This document shows positions 41,514 through 50,897 of a DNA stretch of 64,000 nucleotides, piece after piece (the first letter of the stretch is position 1; every line of letters begins with the position of its first letter). The notes under the pieces are model-generated. The model saw only the letters and a program-made list of their open reading frames with translations. It did not search any database and was not told where the DNA came from. The translations under genes were made by a program, and so were the position numbers. This DNA comes from Alphaproteobacteria bacterium (GTDB taxonomy: Bacteria > Pseudomonadota > Alphaproteobacteria > UBA828), in contig CAXXMU010000002.1 of assembly GCA_963667785.2 (NCBI GenBank), positions 288,001 through 352,000 of the forward strand. Reading direction: 5' to 3'.

Positions 41514-41996
41514 ATGGAGAGCACTGTCGAAATCGGCCTGCGGGTCAACGGCGAACGGGCGGCCCGCCGCATCGAGGCGCGCATGAACCTGGTGGACTTC
41601 CTGCGCGAGGAGCTCGGCCTCACCGGCAGCCATGTCGGCTGCGAGCACGGCGTGTGCGGCGCCTGCACCGTGCGGGTGGACGGGCGCATCGTGCGCGGCT
41701 GCCTCATGCTGGCGGCGCAGGCGGACGGTGCCGACGTCTGGACCATCGAGGGGCTGAGCGACACGGGCGAGATCCGCGATCTCCAGGAGGCGTTCGTCGA
41801 GCGCAACGCGCTCCAGTGCGGCTACTGTACCCCCGGCATGCTGCTGACCCTGGCCGAGCTGAGGGAGCGCAATCCCGCCGCGAGCCGGCAGGAGATCCGC
41901 GAGTTCATCGCCGGAAACTACTGCCGGTGTACCGGCTACGAGGCGATCGTGGATGCGTTCGAGATGGCGCGCGTCCGCGAAGGAGGCCCGTCATGA
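41514..41996 (+). CDS. CoxS-like (2Fe-2S)-binding subunit
   Basis: GCEHGVCGAC, QCGYCTPG, CRCTGY. Confidence 0.93.
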   Translation: MESTVEIGLRVNGERAARRIEARMNLVDFLREELGLTGSHVGCEHGVCGACTVRVDGRIVRGCLMLAAQADGADVWTIEGLSDTGEIRDLQEAFVERNALQCGYCTPGMLLTLAELRERNPAASRQEIREFIAGNYCRCTGYEAIVDAFEMARVREGGPS

Positions 41997-44379
41997 CCGA
42001 TCTCATCGCGGACCGCTGGCTCCTCGATCGCCCGAACTCCTATATCGGCCGGTCCGTTCCGCGCCCCAACGCGCCCCGGCTTGCGGAAGGCCGCGGCGCC
42101 TTCGTCGACGATATCGAGATCGGCGGGCGGGCGGGGCACGCGGCCTTCGTGCGCTCTCCCCACGCGCATGCCCGGATCAGGTCCATCGACGCGGACGCGG
42201 CCAGGGCGGCGCCGGGGGTGATCGCGGTCGTGAACGGGCGCGAGCTCGCGGAGATACACGACCCCTGGGTCGGCGTGCTGTCGCATCTCAAAGGCCTCAA
42301 GTCCGCGCCGCAATATGCGCTGCCGCTGGAAACGGCGACTTGGCAGGGCGAGGCGGTGGTGGCGGTGGTCGCTGAGAGCCGCGCCAGGGCCGAGGACGCG
42401 GTGGAGCGCGTGACGATCGACTGGGAGGTGCTGCCGGCCGTCGCCGACGCCGAGACCGCGCTCGACCCCGCTACGACCGTCATCCACGAGAGCCTCGGCG
42501 ACAACCTCGCCTGGCGGCGCGAGGCGGACTTCGGCGATATCGAGGCGGCTTACGCGGAGGCCGACCATATCGTCGAGGAAACCTATGTCTTCGCCCGGCA
42601 TACGGGGGTATGCGTCGAACCGCGCGCCATCCTCGCGGACTGGAACCCGGGGGAGGGACAGCTCACCGTGTGGCACAACAACCAGTGCCCGCACATGGTC
42701 CAGAACATCCTCGCGACCCACTTCCGCCTCGACGAGCACCGGGTCCGCGTGATCGCGCGCGATGTGGGCGGATCGTTCGGAATCAAGGTCCACACCTATG
42801 CGGACGAGATCGCGACCGTCGGGCTCTCGATCCTGCTCAAGCGGCCGGTCAAGTTCGTGGCGGACAGGCTGGAGAGCTTCCTCTCCGACATCCATGCGCG
42901 TGACCAGCGGGTCCTGGGGAAGATCGCCGTCAGGGAGGACGGCACCATCCTCGCGTTCGAGATCGACGCGCTCAGCGGAATCGGTCCCTATTCCATGTAT
43001 CCGCGCACGAGCGGGATTGAGGCGAACCAGATCGTGAACCTGACGGGCGGCCCCTACGCCTTCGACCACTACCGGGCCCAGGCGACCGTCGTCTTCCAGA
43101 ACAAGAACATGATGTGCCAGTACCGCGCGGTCGGACATCCGGTCAAATGCGCGGTGACCGAGGGGCTCGTGGATGCGGCGGCGCGCGCGACCGGCCTCGA
43201 TCCGGCCGAGATTCGCCGGCGGAACCTGCGCGCGGACGATTCCTACCCCTGCCGCTCGGCGCAGGGGCTCCCGTTCGAGAACCTCTCGCACCAGGAGAGC
43301 CTCGCGAAACTCCTGGACGCGATGGACTACGACGCCCTGAAGGCGGAGCGCGACGCCCTTCGCGCCGAGGGGGTCTATCGCGGCATCGGCCTTGCAAGCT
43401 TCATCGAGGTGACGAACCCGTCCGCGATGTTCTACGGCGTGGGCGGCGCGCGCATATCCGCGCAGGACGGGGCGACCATGCGCCTCGACGCGCGCGGCAA
43501 CGTGTTCGTAGCCACGGGCGCGACCGAGCAGGGCCAGGGCATGGAGGCGGTGATCTCGCAGGTCGCGGCGACGGCCGTCGGCGTGCCTCCCGACGACTCA
43601 AGATCGTCACCGGCGACACGGAGCACACGCCCTATGGCGGCGGCACGTGGGCCTCGCGCGCGGCCGGCATAGGCGGAGAAGCGGTGGCCCAGGCGGGCCG
43701 CGCGCTCCGGCAGCAGATCCTGCGCGCCGCCGCGGTCATGCTCCAGGAGGAGGCGGAGAACCTGGACATCCGGGGCGGGGTCGTGGTGGACGGGGCGAGC
43801 GGCGAGGAACGCATCGGCCTCGATGAGGTCGGACGCATCTGCTACTACCGGCCCGATACCCTGCCGGACGGCTTCCAGTCGGAGCTGGTCGCGACCCGCC
43901 ACTACGTCCCGCGCAAGTACCCCTTCGCCTTCACCAACGGCGCGCAGGCGTCATACCTGGAAGTCGATATCGAGACCGGCTTCATCTCCCTGCTGGATCA
44001 CTGGTGCATCGAGGACTGCGGCACCGTCATCAATCCGCAGCTCGTGGACGAGCAGATCCGGGGCGGCATCGTGCAGGGGCTGGGCGCCGCGCTCTGGGAG
44101 CAGTGCGTCTACGACGGCGACGGGCAGATGCTGAACGCCACCATGGCGGACTATCTCGTGCCCATGGCGGCGGAGCTGCCCGACATGCGTTGCGGCCATG
44201 CGGTCTCGCCCACATCCGAGTCCGATCTCGGTGCCAAGGGGGCGGGCGAGGCCGGCACCTGCGGCGCGCCGGCCGCGGTGATGAATGCGCTCAACGACGC
44301 GCTCGCACCCCTCGGCGCGCGGCTCACCGACATGCCCTTCACGCCCCAGAAGGTGCTGCGCGCGCTCGGCAAGATCTGA
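41993..44379 (+). pseudogene. CoxL-like molybdopterin large subunit with a 1-bp deletion frameshift near 43597 (pseudogene or sequencing error)
   Basis: N-part (RSPHAHA, VGGSFGIK, QYRAVG, EQGQG) switches frame at GACGAC|TCAAGATC. C-part continues with KIVTGDT, DCGTVINP, GAKGAGE. Span is 2387 bp, one short of a multiple of 3. Confidence 0.85.
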
Positions 44380-44450
44380 GCCGCGAAACGGAAGGGACCG
44401 ACGGGTGGGGACGTCGCCCCGCGCCGAACCGCGCGCCGACGGACTCCGGA

Positions 44451-45075
44451 TCAGAAGATCTGTACGCGGATCGGGGTCGGCCGGCCTCCGGCAGCCGGGT
44501 TGTTGACCTGAGGGCAGTTGGAGACGATGGCGAGGACGTCGCGCTCCGCCCGCAGGTCAACGTGATCGCCGGGTCTGGACGGGCCGTCGACGAAGGTCCG
44601 CTCTGCCAGGCGGCCTCCTTCATGGACCGGCACGGCGCAGAAGAAGTTCACGTTGGGCACGATGTCCGTCCAGCCCAGGCCGTGTTCCGCCAAAGCGGCC
44701 AGGAAGTTCTCGCGGCATCCCGGCATGCCTTCCACGCCGTAGAGCATTGCGTTGCTCGGGGCGCTGCAGCAGCCGGCGATGGTGTCGTGATGACCGCAGC
44801 TGTCGGCCACCATGGTGAAGAGCGCCCGCCCCCGATCCGAGTAGAGCGCGTGGCCCGTGGTCAGGCGAAGGGTGCCGCTCTTCTTGATCGTGTTCGGCGC
44901 GTAGTAGCGCTCGCTGCGGGTCGGCCGCGTCGTAGCACAGGAAGTCGACGCCCTGCTCGCCCTCCAGGTCGACGATGCGCAGCACCTGGCCCCGCCGCAC
45001 GCGGGCCGACCACGGAGCGCCCGGCGCCACGACCTCGTCGTGGACGACAGGCGACGCGCCCTCTTCGTTCATCAC
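44451..45075 (-). pseudogene. Urea carboxylase-associated DUF1989 protein (carboxyguanidine deiminase-like) with a 1-bp insertion frameshift near 44915
   Basis: N-part GQVLRIVDLEGEQGVDFLCY joins out of frame to ERYYAPNT...HDTIAGCCS...CRENF...NFF...SNCPQVNNP. Span is 625 bp (3n+1). Confidence 0.82.
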
Positions 45076-45239
45076 CGTGCCCTCCAGTCCGCTCCTTCGC
45101 CTACCCTAACCCATCCGGGCTGTCGTCCGGTGCCCGAAACGGTCGTCCCGCCGCGCCGGCCGCGCGTGGCCGGGAAACCGGCGATGCACTAGCATTCAGA
45201 ACCGGACCAGTCGCCGGAGGCAGGTCGAGGAGATACCCC

Positions 45240-46610
45240 ATGCCTGCCATTCGCAGCCTCGTCGTCGCGTTCGGCATCGTCCTGATGCTGGCGGCGACCG
45301 CCGCCCACGCCCGGGCAGAGGTCAACGACCGCGCCGTCATCCGAGCATTCCTGACCCTGCTCGTCGGCGACGTGAGCGACTCAGCGCGCGCCGCGGCGCT
45401 GATCGAAGCGCAGTGGCAACCATCGTTCCTGCCGATGGCTCTCGAGGTGATGCGCCTTGGCGGCAGCGCGGCGGTCACGGGCACCCTGCTGAGGATCATG
45501 GAACGGGAGACCGGCGCCGGGCACGGCCACGATCTCGACGCTTGGCAACGCGCCATGTGGAATGCGCCCGAGGCGCGGCACCCGCGCTATGCCGCCTTCA
45601 AGAGCGCGCTCTACAGCCTCATCGACCCGCGTTTCTCGGCGTACTTCGACACGGCCGGCGAGGCGCTCATCCGGCTCGACGAGATCGTCTGGGGCGGCGT
45701 GCGGCAGGACGGCATCCCGCCGCTCCGCGACCCGGCGATGCTGGCCGCGGACGACGCCGGCTATCTCGAGGACGACCACATCGTGTTCGGCATCTCCGTC
45801 AACGGCGACGCCCGCGCCTATCCGAAGCGCATCCTCGGCTGGCACGAGATGTTCGTCGATACCGTCGGCGGCGTGCCGGTCGCAGGCGTGTACTGCACGC
45901 TCTGCGGTACCGTGATCCTCTATCGCACCGAGCACGAAGGCGTGCCTCACCGGCTCGGCACGAGCGGCTTCCTCTACCGCTCCAACAAGCTCATGTACGA
46001 CCAGGCCACCCAGTCGCTGTGGAGCACGATGCGGGGCACGCCGGTGGTCGGGCCGCTTGTGGGCAAGGGCATCGTGCTGGAACGCGGGAGCGTGGTGACG
46101 ACCACCTGGGGCGAGTGGCGCAGGCGCCATCCCGCAACTCGGGTGCTCTCGCTCGATACCGGCCACCGGCGCGACTACGCCGAAGGGGCGGCCTACCGCG
46201 ACTACTTCGCGACCGACGAGCTGATGTTCTCCGTCCCGGCCCTCGACGGGCGGCTGAAGAACAAGGACGAGGTGTTCACGGTGCTGCTCGCCCGCCACCC
46301 CGAGGCGCCGCTTGCCATGTCGGCCGCGTTCCTCGCCCGGACCCCGGTCCATCACGATGCGATCGAAGGCACGGCGCTCGTGGTGCTCACCGATCCCTCG
46401 GGCGCGAACCGCGCCTACGCGAGCGAGGACGTGACGTTCACCCGCTACGACGGCGACCGCAGCGTGGAGGACGAAACCGGCATGACCTGGACGATGGACG
46501 AGCACGCGCTCACCGCCGAAGACGGCCGCGTGCTCCGCCGCCTCCCGGCGCAGCGGGCGTTCTGGTTCGGCTGGTTTGCGGCGTTCCCGAACACCCGGCT
46601 GGTGCGGTAG
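45240..46610 (+). CDS. DUF3179 domain secreted protein
   Basis: Signal peptide, GGVRQDGIPPL, RAYPKRILGWHE, YCTLC, GTSGFLYRSNKLMYD, AFWFGW. Confidence 0.82.
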   Translation: MPAIRSLVVAFGIVLMLAATAAHARAEVNDRAVIRAFLTLLVGDVSDSARAAALIEAQWQPSFLPMALEVMRLGGSAAVTGTLLRIMERETGAGHGHDLDAWQRAMWNAPEARHPRYAAFKSALYSLIDPRFSAYFDTAGEALIRLDEIVWGGVRQDGIPPLRDPAMLAADDAGYLEDDHIVFGISVNGDARAYPKRILGWHEMFVDTVGGVPVAGVYCTLCGTVILYRTEHEGVPHRLGTSGFLYRSNKLMYDQATQSLWSTMRGTPVVGPLVGKGIVLERGSVVTTTWGEWRRRHPATRVLSLDTGHRRDYAEGAAYRDYFATDELMFSVPALDGRLKNKDEVFTVLLARHPEAPLAMSAAFLARTPVHHDAIEGTALVVLTDPSGANRAYASEDVTFTRYDGDRSVEDETGMTWTMDEHALTAEDGRVLRRLPAQRAFWFGWFAAFPNTRLVR

Positions 46611-46749
46611 CGGGCCGGAGGCGCCGGTCGAAGGCCGGCTTCCGTAAGTGAAAAATGGTGGGAGGCCGGGCGTGCTCAGGTTGCCGGCGATCAAGACTGT
46701 TGGCCAGGCGGTGTAGCGGAACGGCCAACCACACCGATTGCAGCCACCG

Positions 46750-47172
46750 TTAGCGGACTGACCGAATATCCATAAAGCTCGTCGGCGTGAGTATCGGAAT
46801 GTTCTGGAACGGGGACATCTCGAGAAGGTCCCGGTCGCCGGTGACCAGGCAGTCCACCGCGCCCATCAGCGCCGTCTCCAGCAGCTTGTCGTCATCGGGA
46901 TCACGGCACCCGAGTTTCGCGCCGGCGATCGGAACCCATTCGGAGACCGCTTCGAGCTGGGCCAGGTAGACGGCCCTCCCGTCACGGCCGACATAACGAT
47001 CGAACTTCGGGAGAAGCAACCGCGTTCGCAACTCGTCGAACGTCTCGTCGGAGAACAGCAGCACGCCGCGCCCCTCCCGCACGGCATCGACGACCGCGCG
47101 TGGCGGCCCGTCCGGGCGAAGCGCCGCACTGATCAGGACGTTGGTGTCTAGGACGACACGCTCAGCTTTCAT
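46750..47172 (-). CDS. PIN-domain toxin of a type II TA system
   Basis: VVLDTNVLISA, CRDPDDDKLLE, LVTGDRDLL. Overlaps the antitoxin stop. Confidence 0.9.
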   Translation of the reverse strand: MKAERVVLDTNVLISAALRPDGPPRAVVDAVREGRGVLLFSDETFDELRTRLLLPKFDRYVGRDGRAVYLAQLEAVSEWVPIAGAKLGCRDPDDDKLLETALMGAVDCLVTGDRDLLEMSPFQNIPILTPTSFMDIRSVR

Positions 47173-47413
47173 CCGCAAGCAGCGCGTCGAGCCGGGTCTC
47201 GGTCAAGCCCTTCGCGGAGGCTTCCTCGCCCAGGGCGTCCATGGTCGCGGTCAGGCGCTCCCACGCGGCGCCCCGAAGCCGCTCATACTGCTGGACCGAC
47301 ATCATCACGCCGACCGCGCGGCCCTTCCGCGTCACGCGCACGGGCGCGCTCTGCGCAGCATCGAGCAGGTGGCCGAAGCGGTTCTTGGCGTCTCTGGCGG
47401 CTATTTCCTTCAT
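47162..47413 (-). CDS. Phd/YefM family antitoxin
   Basis: MKEIAARDAKNRFGHLLDAAQSAPVRVTRKGR Phd signature. Confidence 0.9.
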   Translation of the reverse strand: MKEIAARDAKNRFGHLLDAAQSAPVRVTRKGRAVGVMMSVQQYERLRGAAWERLTATMDALGEEASAKGLTETRLDALLADES

Positions 47414-47414
47414 G

Positions 47415-47437
47415 TAGCCAAGATAGCCACAATGGCT
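47415..47437 (-). promoter_or_regulatory. Putative TA autoregulatory operator
   Basis: TAGCCA direct repeat (47415 and 47424) and AGCCA-CAA-TGGCT inverted repeat directly upstream of the antitoxin ATG. No Shine-Dalgarno visible. Confidence 0.55.
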
Positions 47438-47499
47438 TTACGTCGCAATTGCTCTCTATCCGACGAACACCACGTCAGGCTTCGGTGACTCCGTGGCGT

Positions 47500-48813
47500 C
47501 TACCGTGCCAACCGCTGACGCGGCATCGGAATGCCGTGTTCGCGCAGCGTGCCTTGCACGCTCGGACGCTGAAGCCGGATGCGCCTGTCGCTCAACAGGT
47601 AGGAGCACACGTATCCGAGGCCCAGGATGAGCACGCCGATCAGGAAGCAGTAGATGATGGCGCGGTCGGGATACTGGTCCTTGAGATAGCCGATGTAGAG
47701 GGGACCGCAGACGCCGGCCGCCGCCCAGGCCGTCAGCATGATGCCGTAGACCGCCGACATCTTCCGCGCACCGAAGACGTCGAGGACGAACGAGGGCATG
47801 GTCGCGAAGCCGCCGCCGAAGCAGAGCATGATGTAGCAGACGAGAACCGAGAACACCCACGGATCGCGCTCGGTCATCAGGATGCCGAAGACGATCATCT
47901 GGCTGGCGAGCAGGATCCTGAAGACGCGGATGCGGCCGATGCGGTCGGACAGCAATCCCCAGAAGAGCCGCCCGAATCCGTTGCAGAGCGAGCTCGCGGC
48001 AATCAGCGTCGCGCCGTATTCGGCGAGGGTCTCCGGCTCCACGGACGGGTCGGCAAGTCCCCACACGTCCTGGAGCAGCGGCGACTGGAAGCTGATGACG
48101 GCGATGCCCGCGGCGATGTTGAAGAAGAAGACGAGCCACATGACGGCGAACTCGCCGGAATAGAGGCACTGGGCGGTCGAGTCCGGCTCGTCCTGCGCGC
48201 CCGACGTCCGGTCTTGCTGGAGGCGCCTCGTGAGCGCCGCAGGCGGGTCCCGCAATGCCAGGCTGCACGGGATCAGGACCGCGGCGAACACCACGCCGAG
48301 CCAGACGAAAAGCATCGCCAGATCGCCCTCCGTCTGCACCACCAGCAGGGGTGCCAGCCCCTTGCTGAGCACGACCGCGCCGATCCCGAAGCCCATGACG
48401 ACGATGCCCGTCGCCAGCCCCTTCTTGTCGGGGAACCACTTGGCCACCGTGGCGACGGGCGTGACGTAGCCGAGCCCGATCCCGATGCCGCCGATCACGC
48501 CGTAGCCGAGGTAGAAGAGCACGAGGCTGTCGAGCTGAAGGGCGAGGCCCGCGATCATGTAGCCGCCCGAGAACAGCGCGCTGCCGGCAAGCGCCAACGT
48601 TCGCGGCCCGACCCTGGGCAGGATCATGCCCGCTCCCGCCGCGGACATGCCGAGCGAGAATATCGTGATGCTGAACGCGAGCGCAGTATCGGTGAACGAC
48701 CAGCCGAGCTGCCTCACAAGGAGCGTCTGGAAGAAGCTCCACGCATAGACGGTCCCGAAGCAGACCTGCAGGACCGTGCAATAGAGGATCGCGGCGACGC
48801 GCGAGTGAGCCAT
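47500..48813 (-). CDS. OFA (oxalate:formate antiporter) family MFS transporter
   Basis: GTVYAWS, GLGYVTPVATVAKWFPDKKGLATG, NGFGRLFWGLLSDRIGR, FGGGFATMP. Confidence 0.88.
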   Translation of the reverse strand: MAHSRVAAILYCTVLQVCFGTVYAWSFFQTLLVRQLGWSFTDTALAFSITIFSLGMSAAGAGMILPRVGPRTLALAGSALFSGGYMIAGLALQLDSLVLFYLGYGVIGGIGIGLGYVTPVATVAKWFPDKKGLATGIVVMGFGIGAVVLSKGLAPLLVVQTEGDLAMLFVWLGVVFAAVLIPCSLALRDPPAALTRRLQQDRTSGAQDEPDSTAQCLYSGEFAVMWLVFFFNIAAGIAVISFQSPLLQDVWGLADPSVEPETLAEYGATLIAASSLCNGFGRLFWGLLSDRIGRIRVFRILLASQMIVFGILMTERDPWVFSVLVCYIMLCFGGGFATMPSFVLDVFGARKMSAVYGIMLTAWAAAGVCGPLYIGYLKDQYPDRAIIYCFLIGVLILGLGYVCSYLLSDRRIRLQRPSVQGTLREHGIPMPRQRLAR

Positions 48814-48820
48814 CGAAGGG

Positions 48821-49567
48821 CTATTCCTTCCCGCCCGGCTGCACGAGCCCGCTGGCCTTGTCTCGATCCATGACCTGCGAGAAGTAGAGGAAGAGGCGCG
48901 CAAGCTCGCCGGCTTCGTCGTTGCGGGCGAGCAGCTTCTCGTTCCCCTTGCCGTCGGCCTCCCGTTCGCGCGCGAGCTTCACCGCAAAGGCGAGAACCCC
49001 GTCGACCGGCCTCGATGCCTGGCCGACGAGCCAGATCGCCGCGAGGATGCCGACCACGAAGATGATGGAGATGAGATAGACCTGCTGGCCGATCGCTCTC
49101 TGGATCTTCAGCGCGACCAGTCCGGTGTCCATGCCGATGTGCACCGCGCCGGCGACTCCCGCCAGGATCGGACTGGCGACTTCGACGAAATCGCCCATGC
49201 CCGGCAGGCTTCGTTCCACGGTCACCGTGCTGGTCGCATCTCCCGTCCTGATCTCCTCCGGTATTCCCGGAACGAAGGTATGGGCGAGGAATTCCCCCGT
49301 TTCGCTGGTGATGTAGATGTAGCTGATGCCCTGGATCTCGACGAACTGATCGATCAGGGACTGGAGCGCCGTCAGGTTCCTGTTCAGCAGGATGTCGACA
49401 CTGGAATCGGCGATCGTCTTGGCGATGTCCCGGCTGTTCGACTCGTACTCCTCGGACAGGTGCGTATCGACCGTGTAGATGCAGAGAACCGATGTCGATA
49501 CGCCGATCACGCCGAACAGGAAGAACACGCCGAACAGCGTCTTTCGGAAGAGCTTCTGGATTCTCAT
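48821..49567 (-). CDS. Two-TM membrane sensor-like protein with extracytoplasmic domain and degenerate HAMP, no output domain
   Basis: TM1, Cache-like segment (YIYI...LAHTFVP...V.SPILAG..GAVHIG), TM2, RP...RNDEAGELAR HAMP-like end, then stop. Confidence 0.65.
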   Translation of the reverse strand: MRIQKLFRKTLFGVFFLFGVIGVSTSVLCIYTVDTHLSEEYESNSRDIAKTIADSSVDILLNRNLTALQSLIDQFVEIQGISYIYITSETGEFLAHTFVPGIPEEIRTGDATSTVTVERSLPGMGDFVEVASPILAGVAGAVHIGMDTGLVALKIQRAIGQQVYLISIIFVVGILAAIWLVGQASRPVDGVLAFAVKLAREREADGKGNEKLLARNDEAGELARLFLYFSQVMDRDKASGLVQPGGKE

Positions 49568-49568
49568 G

Positions 49569-50849
49569 TCAGGCGAACCTGTCTTGCCAGCTGTCCAGGG
49601 GAACGAAGCGGCCTTCGTCGACAACGGTGTAGTAGACCTTCTGCAAGCCCTGGCGGCGCTCCGGTCCGAACGACACCAGCTCCCCGATCCCGAGATCGAA
49701 GTCGCTTATGCTGAAGACGGCGTCATCCAGCGCACCTCTCGCCGGGCTGTCGCCCAGGCGGGCCAGTATCTCGACCATCAGCTTGGCGTTGAGGAAGCCC
49801 TCCAGGCTGACGAAGCTGTGCGGGAACGGCGCGTAGTCCTCTCTCAGCAGCTCCTGCGGCGGCTGAGGGTCGTGTTGCGCCATCAACTGCTGGTACTGCC
49901 CGACCGCCGGAATCGCCGCGTCGTGATAGCTCGGCACGACCTGCGAGTTCACCAGCAGCTTGGTGTAGCGCTCGCCGTCGTCACGCCCCTGGGTGATGAG
50001 ATTGAGGAGGTTCTCGCTGCCGACGAACGAGACGTTGGCGATGGGCACCCGCAAGCCGAGGTCCACCGCGTCGCGCAGGAACGCGGCACACGCGGCGTAG
50101 GCGCCGATGCATATGACCGCATCGGGGCGCGATGCCTTCAGGATCTCCACCTGATCCCGCATGATGCCCGTGAACTTCGAGCCCCGCCGGTAGGTCGCCT
50201 CGCCGACGATCCGCTCGCCGAAGGGTTTCAGGGCCCGGCGAACGCCGGCCCAGCCGCTGCGGCCGTAGGCGTCGGCCTGATAGAAGACGGCGATGCGCTT
50301 GCGGCCGATGCCGACGAAGTTCTGAACCAGGCCGGCCGTCTCCTGCCGGTAGGAGGCACGCAGATTGAAGGCGAAGGCGCCGTATGGCGGCTCCCGCTGC
50401 GGCTGTGCGCCGGTGAACGGAAAGAAGAGATAGATCTCTCTCTCCTGAAATTTCTTGAGCATGGGAAGGACGCGCGTGACCGTCGGCGTGCCGACATAGC
50501 CGAAGAGCGCGAAGACCTCGTCCTCCAGCATCAGGGTCATGGTGTTCTGGACCGAGGGGTCGGGCTGATAGCCGTCGTCGTAGGTCCTGAGAACGACTCT
50601 CCGGCCCCTGACGCCGCCCTGGCGGTTGATGTGCTCGAAATAGGCGCTGGCGCCGCGGAAGAGCTCGATGCCGAGACCGCGCGACGGGCCGGAGAACGCG
50701 GCGGACATGCCGAGCACGATCTCGCCGTCGGTCACGCCCGATGATGCCGCCGCGCCGACGGGGCGCCAGCAGAGCCCTGTCAGGCATCCGGCAAGGCCGT
50801 ATCGAAGGAAGCCTCTTCTCGTCGTCGATGTCCCTAGAGGTACGCCCAT
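49569..50849 (-). CDS. Type I periplasmic binding protein (Tat-exported), no cognate permease
   Basis: TRRGFL, LGMSAAFSGP, YDDGYQP, GYVGTPT, FNLRASY, SLEGFLNA. Confidence 0.85.
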   Translation of the reverse strand: MGVPLGTSTTRRGFLRYGLAGCLTGLCWRPVGAAASSGVTDGEIVLGMSAAFSGPSRGLGIELFRGASAYFEHINRQGGVRGRRVVLRTYDDGYQPDPSVQNTMTLMLEDEVFALFGYVGTPTVTRVLPMLKKFQEREIYLFFPFTGAQPQREPPYGAFAFNLRASYRQETAGLVQNFVGIGRKRIAVFYQADAYGRSGWAGVRRALKPFGERIVGEATYRRGSKFTGIMRDQVEILKASRPDAVICIGAYAACAAFLRDAVDLGLRVPIANVSFVGSENLLNLITQGRDDGERYTKLLVNSQVVPSYHDAAIPAVGQYQQLMAQHDPQPPQELLREDYAPFPHSFVSLEGFLNAKLMVEILARLGDSPARGALDDAVFSISDFDLGIGELVSFGPERRQGLQKVYYTVVDEGRFVPLDSWQDRFA

Positions 50850-50897
50850 CTGACCTCGCCCGCGCGGCATACCGGAGTAGCGGCTCGCCGCCGCGCT

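Noticed and set aside
40648-44379. Aerobic CO dehydrogenase
   Set aside because: Lacks the AYxCSFR motif and the cox accessory genes.
45240-46610. Selenoprotein reading of the DUF3179 gene
   Set aside because: The CxxC motif uses Cys codons and there is no in-frame TGA.
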